A stretch of DNA of 52,198 nucleotides, filler included, from Squatina squatina (Eukaryota): NCBI GenBank assembly GCA_031763465.1. It is 3 parts of 3 records of this genome, joined end to end, with 100 filler letters (N's around TTAATTAATTAA, not from the genome) between each part and the next. Parts side by side here need not be neighbours in the genome. Positions count along the whole stretch, not along the records: positions 32,200 to 52,198 come from JARFOE010000100.1; 2 more parts are not named here. One strand, given 5' to 3'. Each line of letters opens with the position of its first letter. Position 1 is the first letter of the stretch. The position numbers were made by a program, and so were the translations under genes. The notes under the pieces were generated by a model. That model made no database searches. It was not told the DNA's origin and saw only the letters and a list, made by a program, of their open reading frames with translations. Shown one piece after another: positions 37,386 through 49,283 of this stretch.

Positions 37386-38029
37386 TTGCAGCCTGGTTGT
37401 GTTTGCACCACTCTGACCATTGTAATACAATCTTTACAAGTTCTAATTTCGCATGCTTCTATTAATGATTTTGCATGTCTATAAACGCAGAGAGCATTGC
37501 TGAACACCTTGACATATGTATTTGAATTGATCATTTGCGAGAAGGTTGTTGCAGTATTTTCTTCCTGCCTAATCACAATTAACGTTAAAAAGAAGCACTG
37601 ACTTTCATAAGCTGTTATGTAGAATTACAAGTATAAGACATTTCTATTGATGAAATGACAGGTAATCATACCGAAGTCACGTGTTGGCATAAAAGTCACA
37701 TATACTTTAATAAGCAATATGAATGCAGCGCTTTACATTCTAATTCATACAATACCAGCGGATCTCCTGTGGCATTTCTATTTTAAGGCAGTGGTCATGT
37801 TATACCATGTAAAACACATTGTAGTATCATACATGTCAGTCATTACTGTTTCGCATTGACATCAGTGTTTTGGGGTAGTATAAATTGTTGGGANNNNNNN
37901 NNNGTTGGGACATAGAATGCCCGTTGAGAAACAGTGGTGAAAGCAGAATACATAATAGCTTTTAAAAGGAAAGTGAATAAATATTTCAAAAAATTAAAGG
38001 ACAGAAGTCGGACATTGTGCCTGTGCCAA

Positions 38030-38332
38030 TTAGTCACCCTCCCCCATTCTTTCCCACAGCCATGTCATTTTTTTCCTTTCAATTCATATCCAACGTGCTT
38101 TTGAATGTTACTGTTGAATTTTTTTCCACCACCCTTTCAGGCAGTGCATTCCAGATCACTACAACTTGCTGCATGAAAAAATGTTACCTCATATCACCTC
38201 TGGTCCTTTTTCCAATCACCTTAAATCTCTGTCCTCTGGTTACTGATCCTTCTGCCACTGGAAACAGCTTCTTCTTACTTATTGTATCAAAACCCTTTGT
38301 GATTTTCAGCACATCTATGAAATCTCCTCCTA
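38030..38332 (-). mobile_element. CR1 LINE 3' fragment
   Basis: ccaccctttcaggcagtgcattccagatc...ccttaaatctctgtcctctggtt is typical antisense CR1 ORF2-end sequence. Confidence 0.65.
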
Positions 38333-38432
38333 NNNNNNNNNNNNNNNNNNNNNNNNNNNNNNNNNNNNNNNNNNNNNNNNNNNNNNNNNNNNNNNNNNNN
38401 NNNNNNNNNNNNNNNNNNNNNNNNNNNNNNNN

Positions 38433-38490
38433 TTCCTTCTCTCCCTCCCTCCTTCTCTCCCTCCCTCCTTCTCTCCCTCCCTCCTTCTCT
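38433..38490. repeat. CT-rich simple repeat
   Basis: Repeats of cttctctccctccctc. Confidence 0.85.
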
Positions 38491-39008
38491 TGAATGGAAT
38501 TGAAATCTTGCTGGGTACATCATCTCCACTATATTATTCCATCCAAAGGTGCCCTTTGCTTTTGAATGTATGCAAGCCTAGAAGCAAAGGGCGCCTTTGT
38601 GTTGGCTGGTGATTTAACCATAAGGGACATTGCAGCTGAGCCCTATCCTGTTCTCAACTGGCCAACACAAAGGTGCTGTTTGCATCAGGTGTTGATGGAT
38701 AGCAATCAAGAGAGGACCTTTGGTGATTTCTGCATACATCCCCTTTGCTAACTTAGATTGTAATGAAGAACTTGCATTTATATAACACTTCGTTTCTCGG
38801 AAACATCTCCAAGCACTTAACATTCAATGAGTTACTTAGTGCAGCCACTGTTGTTATAGTAGCCCCTTTACTACAGCCCCAGCTGAGATCAGATGACTCA
38901 TTATAGATTGGGGATGTAATCATTAAGTATGGCTTAGCTACTCTCGCTCTTTAACCAGCTGAGCCATCAAAGTAGCCCCGCCACTCATAATTTGACGTTT
39001 GTTTACAG

Positions 39009-39142
39009 CTAACCGTTAATGAAGCAGCCGCTCAACTCTGTACAAAGGATAATGCATTGCTCACACGGAGAGATGAACTATTTACATTGGCTCGACAAGT
39101 CTCCCGAGAAGTAACCTACAAGTACACTTATAAAACCTCCAG
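39009..39142 (+). CDS. NAB1: NAB1 NCD2 exon
   Basis: cag|[44 protein letters not shown](R)|gtgagg; 134 nt. Confidence 0.96.
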
Positions 39143-39246
39143 GTGAGGGCCGCCTTTTTTTAAATCTAGAAATTTGCATTTGATCTTTTCCTAACCTTTA
39201 ACATTTCAGATTTAGATTATTAAAAACTGTCTGTATTTAACTGCAG

Positions 39247-39298
39247 GTCTAGATGTGCAGAACAGGATGAANNNNNNNNNNAACGAATAAAAACAGAG
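39247..39298 (+). CDS. NAB1: NAB1 short exon
   Basis: cag|SRCAEQDE[10 N]KRIKTE|gtaatg; 52 nt; corresponds to human SKCGERDELSPKRIKVE as recalled. Confidence 0.92.
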
Positions 39299-40219
39299 GT
39301 AATGTGTAGTTTATTATTTTATGTGTAGGTTTCCCATTTTAAATGCCCCTTCTATTAATGAGTATTTGAAGGTATGAATGATGTGTGTAGATTCTGACCC
39401 TAACTGAATGACACATTAAAATAGTGTCAGGAAGTTTTAAACTTTCATATAATATGCACACTGGTTTCTGAGAAGTAAAATTGGAGCAAATGTGCTAAAG
39501 CACAGAGCTAGTAGAGGAAAGAAAAAATACAACAAAACCAAGAAATGTGTTGCCAGTGCTCAAAATGGGCCACGCATGGGGTGGAACTTGCTCTTGTGCA
39601 TTTTGAATGAGTGGAAGATTCCATTCTTTGAAATCGTGGTCCCTTTACCAATTAAATAAACTGTGATTGTTTTTAGAGTGCAAATGTGCAGAATGTGGAC
39701 TTCTGTGAATATAAATTCATACTGTTGGGGCTCACAAAGAACATGGGTGCGGTACGAATTGATAAAATCAGAAATCCTACAAAGTAGAATAACTGGGGCA
39801 AAGGTTAAGTATGCAGTTAAAATGACACAGCCTACAATGTATTTATAAAAAAAAAAAATTCTCAAAAAAAAACTTAAAATAGTTTCAGATGTAATTACCA
39901 TAGGCTGTGGTTTTTAAGTGAACAGAATCCATGAGGATGTGTTAATATTTTAAATGGCAGTTGTTGATATCGTATGCAAATGTTTACACAAATTGACAAG
40001 TGTTATGTTCTGACAACTAAATGTTGAACTGTGTAGTGGTCATACCACAACTATGTAGACATCCTCAATCCAATTCTTTGGTGTTCATTCCAATGTGCTG
40101 TGCCAAAAAATAGAATAAAGCTTTCCTTCCTTCAGCATGTATCAAAACATCCTGGAGCATTGAGGTACAATTTTACCTCAAGATTCAAATTACTTGTTAC
40201 TACTTTTTGACTACTACAG

Positions 40220-40640
40220 ATAACAACCTTAATTTATATGGAGCTTTTAATGTTTAAAAAAAAAGGCCCAAGGCACTTCATAGATGGAGGGAGATAAGGG
40301 AATGGATGTCAAGCCACAAAGGGAGAGATTGGGAGGGGTGACTGAAAGCTTGTTCAAAAATTTGGGTTTTGAGAAGTAGAGAGGCAGAAAGGTTTAGAGG
40401 GAGTGCCAGAAAGTACAGCCAAGGTGGCTGAAGGCTATGCCACTGATTAGTCGGTGAAGGGAGTGGCGGGTCTAAGGGTTTGGGGGTGTGGGAGAGGATA
40501 TTGGGCTTAAGCAGACTGCAGGGATAAGGTGGCAGAAAGCCACTGAGGGATTTGTAGACAAGGGTTTTAAGTTTAATGCTTTGGAGGATAGTGAGCCAAT
40601 GTAGGTCAGCAAGAAATGGATGCTGGGTATGCAGGGCAAG
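40220..40640 (-). mobile_element. L2-type LINE 3' fragment
   Basis: Similar to 17190-17610 and 4602-4751. Confidence 0.65.
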
Positions 40641-41619
40641 ATATCTTTTATTCTTCTAAATATATATATCTGTACATCTCATATCATAGTTTGAGAATAT
40701 GATTTTCCAGTTTATCCAATGTTGTATTTTTTTTTGTACTGAAAAGCAATGCTAGAAATGCTTTGAAGTTATATTGTGTTTCTACAGTGTCTTCCATTCT
40801 ATAGTGTTTTCCATTCAATAGTTCAACTGGACTTTCTTCTAATGGAGGCTGAATACCAAACTTGAAAATCTGTGAATCCTAAGCAGTGAAATGTTTGGAA
40901 GTGATCAGAAACCAATGGTGGTAACTGTCTATCAGAAAGCACAGTAGCAGCCTTCTAATTTCACAAACTCTGAAGATTCTCAGGATTCAGTGGCCCAGTA
41001 GTGGAATGCTAGGAAGTTCCCTTCATAACATAAAGGTCACAGGTTCAAGTATCTGGACTGACTCTTTGAATCTGCAGGTTTCATTTGTAATGCTTCTGGC
41101 AGTTCATGGCTGGGCTGCTAAAAAGGATGCTTTCCAGAACCATGCACACACCGGGCAGAATTCCATTTCTACTGAATGTCAGTGTCATGCTAATAGTAAA
41201 TCTTAGCAGCCAAGCTTTAAATTCCTATTCTGTTTGATACACTGTGGTAATCCTGCCTATGTTTATGTATGTTAATACAGTTTAGAATTGGAATATGCAG
41301 AGCAGGCCATTTTTACTTTGCTGTTCTTGTGCAGCCTGTTTTACCAGGGAGTAGTTGCAGCCATTCACCCTGGCCACACTCCTTGTATTTGCAATCTAAA
41401 CACACGTTCATGCAAAAGTCGACAATTCCTGGAAATGTTCTTTTTTTTTCCCATTGGGAAAGAAAAGGAGTTGTTGGGAGGCCCATTTTCTCTGCAACCC
41501 AAACCCAATGCAGCCTGCAGCTGGTGGTTCCTTTCCTGGCCACTTCATACCATGCCACTCACAACCTCCCACCAGAAAGGAAGACAGAAGCAGAAGAGGA
41601 TAGAGAGAAGCAAAAATAG

Positions 41620-41902
41620 TTAGGGAATTGGATTTCCAAAAGGCGCTCGATAAGGTGCCACATAAAAGGTTACTGCACAAGATACGAGCTCAGGATGTTG
41701 GGGGTAATATGAGTGTGGATAGAGCTAAATAACAGAAAACAGAGAGTCAGGTTAAAGAAGTCATTTTCAGGATGGCAATCTGTAACTAGTGGGGTGCCAC
41801 AGGGATCAGTGCTGGGACCTCAACTATTTACAATCTATATTAATGACTTGGAGGAAGGAAGTGAGTGTATTGTAGCCAGACTTGCTGCTGGTACAAAGTT
41901 AG
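41620..41902 (+). mobile_element. CR1 LINE reverse-transcriptase fragment (decayed)
   Basis: LDFQKALDKVPHKRLL...NRKQRV...[23 protein letters not shown]. The catalytic FADD is mutated to LAAG. Confidence 0.9.
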
Positions 41903-42582
41903 NNNNNNNNNNNNNNNNNNNNNNNNNNNNNNNNNNNNNNNNNNNNNNNNNNNNNNNNNNNNNNNNNNNNNNNNNNNNNNNNNNNNNNNNNNNNNNNNNN
42001 NNNNNNNNNNNNNNNNNNNNNNNNNNNNNNNNNNNNNNNNNNNNNNNNNNNNNNNNNNNNNNNNNNNNNNNNNNNNNNNNNNNNNNNNNNNNNNNNNNNN
42101 NNNNNNNNNNNNNNNNNNNNNNNNNNNNNNNNNNNNNNNNNNNNNNNNNNNNNNNNNNNNNNNNNNNNNNNNNNNNNNNNNNNNNNNNNNNNNNNNNNNN
42201 NNNNNNNNNNNNNNNNNNNNNNNNNNNNNNNNNNNNNNNNNNNNNNNNNNNNNNNNNNNNNNNNNNNNNNNNNNNNNNNNNNNNNNNNNNNNNNNNNNNN
42301 NNNNNNNNNNNNNNNNNNNNNNNNNNNNNNNNNNNNNNNNNNNNNNNNNNNNNNNNNNNNNNNNNNNNNNNNNNNNNNNNNNNNNNNNNNNNNNNNNNNN
42401 NNNNNNNNNNNNNNNNNNNNNNNNNNNNNNNNNNNNNNNNNNNNNNNNNNNNNNNNNNNNNNNNNNNNNNNNNNNNNNNNNNNNNNNNNNNNNNNNNNNN
42501 NNNNNNNNNNNNNNNNNNNNNNNNNNNNNNNNNNNNNNNNNNNNNNNNNNNNNNNNNNNNNNNNNNNNNNNNNNNNNNNNNN

Positions 42583-43422
42583 ACCTTTACCAGCCTGCTC
42601 CCGCTGCACACTACTGGCACCTGACTATTAAAATCCGCAGCCAGCCCTTGGACAACGTGGATCACTTTCCATACCTTGGGAACCTCCTCTCAGCGAGGCA
42701 GACATAGACGAAGAAATCCAACACTGCCTCCAGTGTGCCAGCACAGCCTTCAGCCTTCTGAGGAAAAGAGTGTTTGAAGATAAAGACCTCAGACCCAGCA
42801 CAAAGCTCATGGTCTACAGGGCAGCAGTGATACCCATGCTGTATGCATCAGAGACATGGGCAATATAGAGTAGACACCTCAAAGTACTGGAGAGGTACCA
42901 CCAACTTTTCCTCCGCAAAATCCTGCAAATCCACTGACAGGATAGGCATACCAATGTCAGCGCCCTCTCTCAGGCCAACATCCCCAGCATCGAGGCACTG
43001 GCTATGCTCAATCAGCTGCGATGGGCGAGCCTGATACAAGACTCCCGAAACAAGCACTCTACTCCGAGCTTCATCACGGCAAGCGATTACCAGGAGGGCA
43101 GAGGAAACGCTTCAAGAACTCCCTGAAAAAATGTAACATCCCCACCAACTCATCGGAATTTCTGGTCCAAGGCCGCCTGAACTGGAAGAGAAGCATCCGC
43201 AAAGGCGCCAACCACTTCGAGCTTCTCCTGTGGGAGCACGTGGTAGCCAGGTGCACGCAGCGGAAGGAGCGTGTGAAAATCCGAGCATCCCACCCACTCG
43301 TCCCGTCAAACACCCCCTGCCCCACCTGTGGTCGAGTTTGAAGATCCCAGATAGGACTATTTAGTCACCTCCGGAGTGGAAGCAAGTCACCCTCGACCCT
43401 GAGGGACTGCCTAAGGAGAAGA
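42583..43422 (+). mobile_element. RTE-clade LINE 3' part (decayed ORF)
   Basis: LDNVDHFPYLG...TKLMVYRAAVIPMLLYASETW...RLPKQALYSEL..GKR..GGQRKRFK...CPTCGRV (C-terminal zinc finger), with stops and frameshifts. Confidence 0.9.
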
Positions 43423-44273
43423 CAATGCACCTAATACCACCTATTTATCACTGTTTCATCTATTCCAACACAATCTAACCCAATATTTATCATAGTTTAA
43501 TCCATTCCAATACAGCCTACATTTATTGCAGTTAATTTAACCCAATGCCAGGATACGTGCACTTTTTAAAATCAAAATAAACTCCAATGACATGATTGGG
43601 AAACAGACCTATTGTCCCTGTGAGATAAGTGGTTCAGCACTGCCATGTAGCCTGTACATACACCACTGTGCCAGCTGGGAGATGTGGCAGTAACCCAAAT
43701 TTGAGAATTTATCATGTTCTAATACATTTCATATGCCCTGACCTGAGCTAGATTTAAAGCCAGATTCTGTTGTGCTCTCCAAATGTTAGAACATATATTG
43801 TGGATCATGGGGTAGAGTTTCCGCTTTGGAAACAATCAAGAAATTGCACCCAAAATGTGCTTGAACTGTAACCTGACGTGCGCAATTTCAAGTTTCTGCT
43901 AAAATTAACTTGCATAATCACAAACGTAAAATCTTCAATGAACCAGTGCAATTGGGCAGCGTAATCGAATCATTTTGCTCTCTTTCCATTAAAAAGTATC
44001 CATTGATGTATTTAAGAGTGATAACCTGGTGCAGTTTTATTAATGCAACTGAAAATGGGTTTCTATCACAAAAAATAAGTGTTTTTAATAAGAGTGTTCA
44101 GTCCTCCACCTGTGAGTAACCTGATTTAAAATCACTGAAAATGACTTTAAAAGACTATATTGAACCATTTAATAGTTTTATTGGTGTCTGTTAATCATTT
44201 TTTTAGTAAATTATATATTGGTTGATATGAAAAGCCTTTATAATGGTGTTTAACTGATGTTGCATTTTTGCAG

Positions 44274-44393
44274 GATGGTTCTGTTCATATTCAAGAATCG
44301 CTACAATTTTTGCAACAGAGACAAGAGACATTAAAAGAGCAAATGGCTCTTGCCAGGATGAAAGGTGATGATGCCATGGTTCGTAATATTCAG
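44274..44393 (+). CDS. NAB1: NAB1 C-terminal-region exon
   Basis: ttttgcag|DGSVHIQESLQFLQQRQETLKEQMALARMKGDDAMVRNIQ|gtacaa; in phase with the previous exon; resembles the fish-type NAB1 coiled-coil segment. Confidence 0.85.
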
Positions 44394-45639
44394 GTACAAA
44401 ATTGGAAAGTTATAAAATTGCATACAATTTATAAATATTTGGCAAATCCTTGTATTTGTCCGGACCTTTTAAACAATAAAATAAGTTTCAGTGGATAGAT
44501 TGATTAATGTTGAAGTTTCTAGACTGCCTTCCATAGAAAACACTGGTGACTAAGAGCTTTCTCTTATATTCCTAAATGTCATGAACACCGTCATTTGGAG
44601 CATGAANNNNNNNNNNNNNNNNNNNNNNNNNNNNNNNNNNNNNNNNNNNNNNNNNNNNNNNNNNNNNNNNNNNNNNNNNNNNNNNNNNNNNNNNNNNNNN
44701 NNNNNNTCACATTAGAGCCTGAAGATGTTAGAGAGCCTTTTCCAAATTTGCCTGTGTCTCAAAATGGCATCAGCAACACCATAACAAGAGCCTTAATGAC
44801 CAATGTTGCCTCATATCTGTCTCATTATTGTGACTTCTGTTTTGTAAAAGTTACTGTGGACAATGGTTTGTTAGTTCAGCAGAAAACTGAATACTTTCTA
44901 ACCCGATATTTCATTGTTGGCTGTGTTCAGTAAGTACTATAGGAGCAGCTGGTATTAGCAGTGAAACAACAGCTTAAAATAATCTATTTAACATTATTTA
45001 AGAATTGGTCACTAAGAAAAGCAAACTCTATTGAAAATGGAACACAATTTTGGAAATAATAAACAATACATTACACAAAACCATTTTTTACACCAGCTTA
45101 AGATAGATAATATATTGCTTTTGTCTTGAAACTAGTCTAGCATATAGCTTAATAAAACCTTCCTGATGGTTGTATACTTTTATTTAGATCTAAAGTGGGG
45201 TGTAGTACACATGTAATGTCAAAAATTATATAAAGTAGTGCAATTATATAAGTTTGACATTCTCATTTATCATAAGGGATGTGGTATGGAATTAGATCAA
45301 GAAAATGAGCTTTGCTTAATTAGTCTAGTTGAGGTGATCCAATATAGGCCACAGGTTAAACTTAACTGTTCAACCTCAAAGTGGTGGAAAAAGGAAGAAA
45401 TTCCATTCATGAAAGTAGCTCTAAATGTTGTGTATTTCAAGCACATGTGCTGAAGATATCAGAAGTGGTACACATGTTTGACTAGGTTTCTGGGCTGTGT
45501 GTCTATCCACTTACTTAAATACAANNNNNNNNNNNNNNNNNNNNNNNNNNNNNNNNNNNNNNNNNNNNNNNNNNNNNNNNNNNNNNNNNNNNNNNNNNNN
45601 NNNNNNNNNNNNNNNNNNNNNNNNATATGCAGAATTAAG

Positions 45640-46490
45640 TAGAATTGTCAGTGCACAGCTCCACTCCTGACCTAATAATGGAGGGATAATCATTGATTAA
45701 GCAGCTGAAGATGACTGGGCTGAAGACATTGCCCAGAGGAACTCCTGCAGGGCTGACTATGGCTGTAATTACTGGGCCCCAACAACCTCAGCTGTCTTCA
45801 TGCATGACTCCAGCCACTGTGGGATTTTCCCCATTATCTTCATTGACCTCAGTTTTGCCATGGCTCTTCGGTGCCATACTTGGGCAAAAGCTGCCTTGAT
45901 ATTGAGGGCAGTTACTCTCTCCTCTCCTTGGACTTCTGTACCCATACCTGGATCAAGGCTGTGATGTAGACCAGAGCTGAATAGTTCTGGAAGAACCCAA
46001 ACTGAATATCAGCAAGCAGAATATTGGTGAGTAAATGTTGTTGATGGCATTGTTGATCGCTGTGCCCATTTCTTGCTTGATTGGGAGGTGTTTAAGAGGA
46101 CAGCAATTGGCCATGTTAGTTTCCCCTGCTACTGTAGGTATGACATATCTGGGCAATTTCCCACATTGTTGGGTAAATACCAGTGTGATAGCTCCACTGG
46201 AATAGCTAGAAGTTGCAGAGAGCTAGTTCTGGTACACTGGTCTTCGGCACTACAGCCGGGATAGTGTCTAGTGGACTCAGACATTTCTTGATGTCTTGTT
46301 GAATCGAATTGTTTGAACACTGGCATATAAGATGGCAGTAACTTAAAAGGAGGTCAAGTAGGATTGCCGACTTAACACTTTTGGCTGCAAATGCATGCAG
46401 CAATTCAGACTTGTCTCTTGCATTTGTACTAGGCTCCACTTTAGTTAAGGATGGGTTATTCATGGAGCTTCCTTCTCTCATCAGTTGTCG
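45640..46490 (-). mobile_element. CR1/Jockey-group LINE internal RT fragment (decayed)
   Basis: Minus strand reads AGVPLGNVFSPVIFSCLINDYPS (RT GVPQGS..P..F..IND motif) and ARDKSELLHAFAAK upstream. Confidence 0.75.
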
Positions 46491-47622
46491 CGGAGATCGA
46501 GAACTTGTTAGTTGGGGTACAGTGGGAAAATCTTGTGATTTTTAGTAGAGTTAGGAAATTGTGGTCATGTTAGTATTCCTTATTTGGCTGATTTATTTGA
46601 CAATAATCAAGACTGATGCCTTAATGGTTGAAACCCATTTTTTGTGTGTGCTCACTAGAAAGAAAATATTCCTGGACATGAATGCTTTCTGGCTTAAACT
46701 AAATTCTTCTAATAATGGCTGGAGTTAAAGAACCCTCTAAAGATGTCTGTTGGAAATATCAAAAAGTTCATAATACTTAAATAGGTATTTAAAGATTCTG
46801 GGCTCGAGAAAAGTATCTACGGTAGCTGTCAGGGTGTTTTGCAATTTAATAAAAGCAAAATTGTTGTTTGTTATTTAACCACGATTAATTGTGCAGACCA
46901 TCATTCTCAGCAATGACTGCTTGCTGACATAGGCAAGGAAGCTGTTAATGGATCACATTAAGATTTGCATCACACTTACACAAACTGAAACTGAGGAATG
47001 ACTCATCCATACACCAGTAAATTTTTTGCAGTTTACGATTTTTGTTTAACAGATAGAAAAGCACTACATATACGCCTACATAAAAACCTAAACCAGAGCC
47101 TTCACCATTATTTATATTCAGTACTGCAGGATGTTGAACAATGTGTGTGAACAAATGTCGTTAAGAAAGAAAGTAGAGTGACTGAGTTAGTTGCATTACT
47201 TCTTACATCCCTTGGGGCATACAAAGTTAAGGCAAATTCTACAAATCCAAACTTAAGCAAAAAACATTATGCATAAACTGAACACTGGATTCAATTCAAT
47301 TTCTCAGAAGCCACATAATTACCCTTTATGAAATAAGCATAGTTCATTGAAGGCCACTTGAATTAGAGTAATTCATACAAGAATTTCTAAAGTTACAAGA
47401 ACTTCTAATAATCTGGAGATAGTTTGGCCACTATAATCGTGCCTTTGGAAACCCATAACTCTAATCTAGTTTACAAGACATGCTGGAATCTTTAGAAAAA
47501 AAATTAAAGTTTTAATTTCTTCNNNNNNNNNNNNNNNNNNNNNNNNNNNNNNNNNNNNNNNNNNNNNNNNNNNNNNNNNNNNNNNNNNNNNNNNNNNNNN
47601 NNNNNNNNNNNNNNNNNNNNNN

Positions 47623-47675
47623 TTTACACAATTGCTGAAGGGCAGGAGAAGATTCCAATTCATAAGTTCATCACT
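47623..47675 (+). CDS. GLS: Glutaminase exon 2, 3' part (rest in gap)
   Basis: gap|(F)YTIAEGQEKIPIHKFIT|gtaagt. Confidence 0.9.
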
Positions 47676-48049
47676 GTAAGTTGTACTGGTGATTGAAATA
47701 ACATTTGGACAATCAAACTGTTAAATATGTGACCTAAAATCATAGGTGTAGAATGGTGACCTTGCTGTCATGAGCTAATTAAAAGTGAAGCTCATCAACA
47801 AATTCTACCTCTCAAAGAAAGCGGTGCTTGGGGATAGGGAAAGCAGAACTCCTTCTCCTTTCTCCCCCTCTCCTCTCTAAATAATGCAGAATCTAAGATG
47901 TTCTGTTTTCAGTGAAAAATCAACCTGTTGCAGTCCTGCCAATTGGACGTCAAGCCCCCAAAAAGTCCTGCTGGAACAACCAACTAAGAGCCTGGCTATT
48001 GCCTAGCTTTTGATTTTTGGTGTCTTATTCAACCCCAAGCTGGGCTTCA

Positions 48050-48666
48050 GACTCCATATCTTTTCTATTACCGAGATCATCTAATTTCACCTCTAACGTG
48101 ACTGCCTTCACTGCTGAAATTCTCATTCATGCCTTGTCACTTCAGACTTGACTATTCCAATGCTCTACGGGTCGGCCTCTATCCCATCCTCTCCTGTGTA
48201 AACTTCACATCTTCCAAAACTTTGCTGCATCATATCCTGCACCCAGTCCCACTCACCCATCACTTTTGTCCTCGTTGACTTACACTGGCTCAAATTAAAA
48301 ATTCTTATCTTTGTGTTTAAACCCCTTTGTGATTTTGTCTCTGAATATTTCTGTAACCTCCTCCAGCCCTACAAACCCCTGAGATCCTCCAAATCTGGCC
48401 TCTTGCACATCCCCGATTTTAGTAACTCCACTATTGGCAGCCGTGCCTGCAGCTGCCTGGGCCATAACTTCCGGAATTCCCTCCCTAAACCTCTCTGCCG
48501 CTTTCCTCCTTTAAGACGCTCCTTAAAACCTACCTCTTTGACTAACCTGCCCTAATATCTCCTTATCTGACTCAGTGTAAAACTTTGCTTGATAATGCTC
48601 CTGTGAAGTGCCTCAGGACACTTTACTACATTAAAGAAGCTGTATAAATGCAAGTTGTTGTTGTTG
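48050..48666 (+). mobile_element. L2-type LINE 3' part
   Basis: ctcattcatgcc..cttgactattccaatgc (L2 LIHAF..LDY.N), cttaaaacctacctctttg, and tail tataaatgcaagttgttgttg. Confidence 0.8.
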
Positions 48667-48792
48667 NNNNNNNNNNNNNNNNNNNNNNNNNNNNNNNNNN
48701 NNNNNNNNNNNNNNNNNNNNNNNNNNNNNNNNNNNNNNNNNNNNNNNNNNNNNNNNNNNNNNNNNNGGCCATTTATGTTTGTTTTATTTCAG

Positions 48793-48922
48793 GTGTGTTG
48801 GAAGCAATATTGTGCTGCTCACTCAAGCTTTTAGGAGGAAGTTCGTCATTCCAGATTTTGAAATATTTGCATCCCATATAGATGGTCTTTATGAGAGTGC
48901 CAAAAAAATGTCAGGAGGAAAG
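48793..48922 (+). CDS. GLS: Glutaminase exon
   Basis: ttcag|[43 protein letters not shown]|gtatat; 130 nt. Confidence 0.95.
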
Positions 48923-49203
48923 GTATATCTTGAAATTAAATTGTATTTTTCAAATGCAATAAGAGCTAGGTAAATTTGTTTGCATTTTGCTGTTGATAAC
49001 TTTTTTCCTAATCACTTATTTTATGTACAGTTAAACTGTTCAAATATTTTTTATTGCCACCTTTACATTATGGGTGGCCATGAAAGTAATGCTGTATCCT
49101 ACTATGTTGTCATAGATTTAACTATTATAAAACTGGGCACAGTGGGGAAAAATGCAGGCAAGATTCACTTCCCTCAAATGCATTTCTTTTTCCTTTTTCA
49201 AAG

Positions 49204-49283
49204 GTTGCTGATTATATTCCACAGCTGGCTAAATTTAGCCCAGATTTGTGGGGTGCGTCTTTGTGCACAGTGGATGGGCAAAG
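49204..49283 (+). CDS. GLS: Glutaminase exon
   Basis: caaag|[26 protein letters not shown](R)|gtaaaa; 80 nt. The NAB1-GLS order matches human chr2. Confidence 0.95.

Noticed and set aside
40990-41070. tRNA-like A/B boxes
   Set aside because: No cloverleaf; a degenerate SINE head rather than a tRNA gene.
41713-42707. Long ORFs of 236-303 aa in the ORF track
   Set aside because: They consist mostly of N. The flanks are unrelated CR1 and RTE fragments.
47623-49283. GLS2/NAB2 identity instead of GLS/NAB1
   Set aside because: EKIP.HKFIT and FRRKF match GLS, and the NAB N-terminus with YDAF and ASKP matches NAB1.
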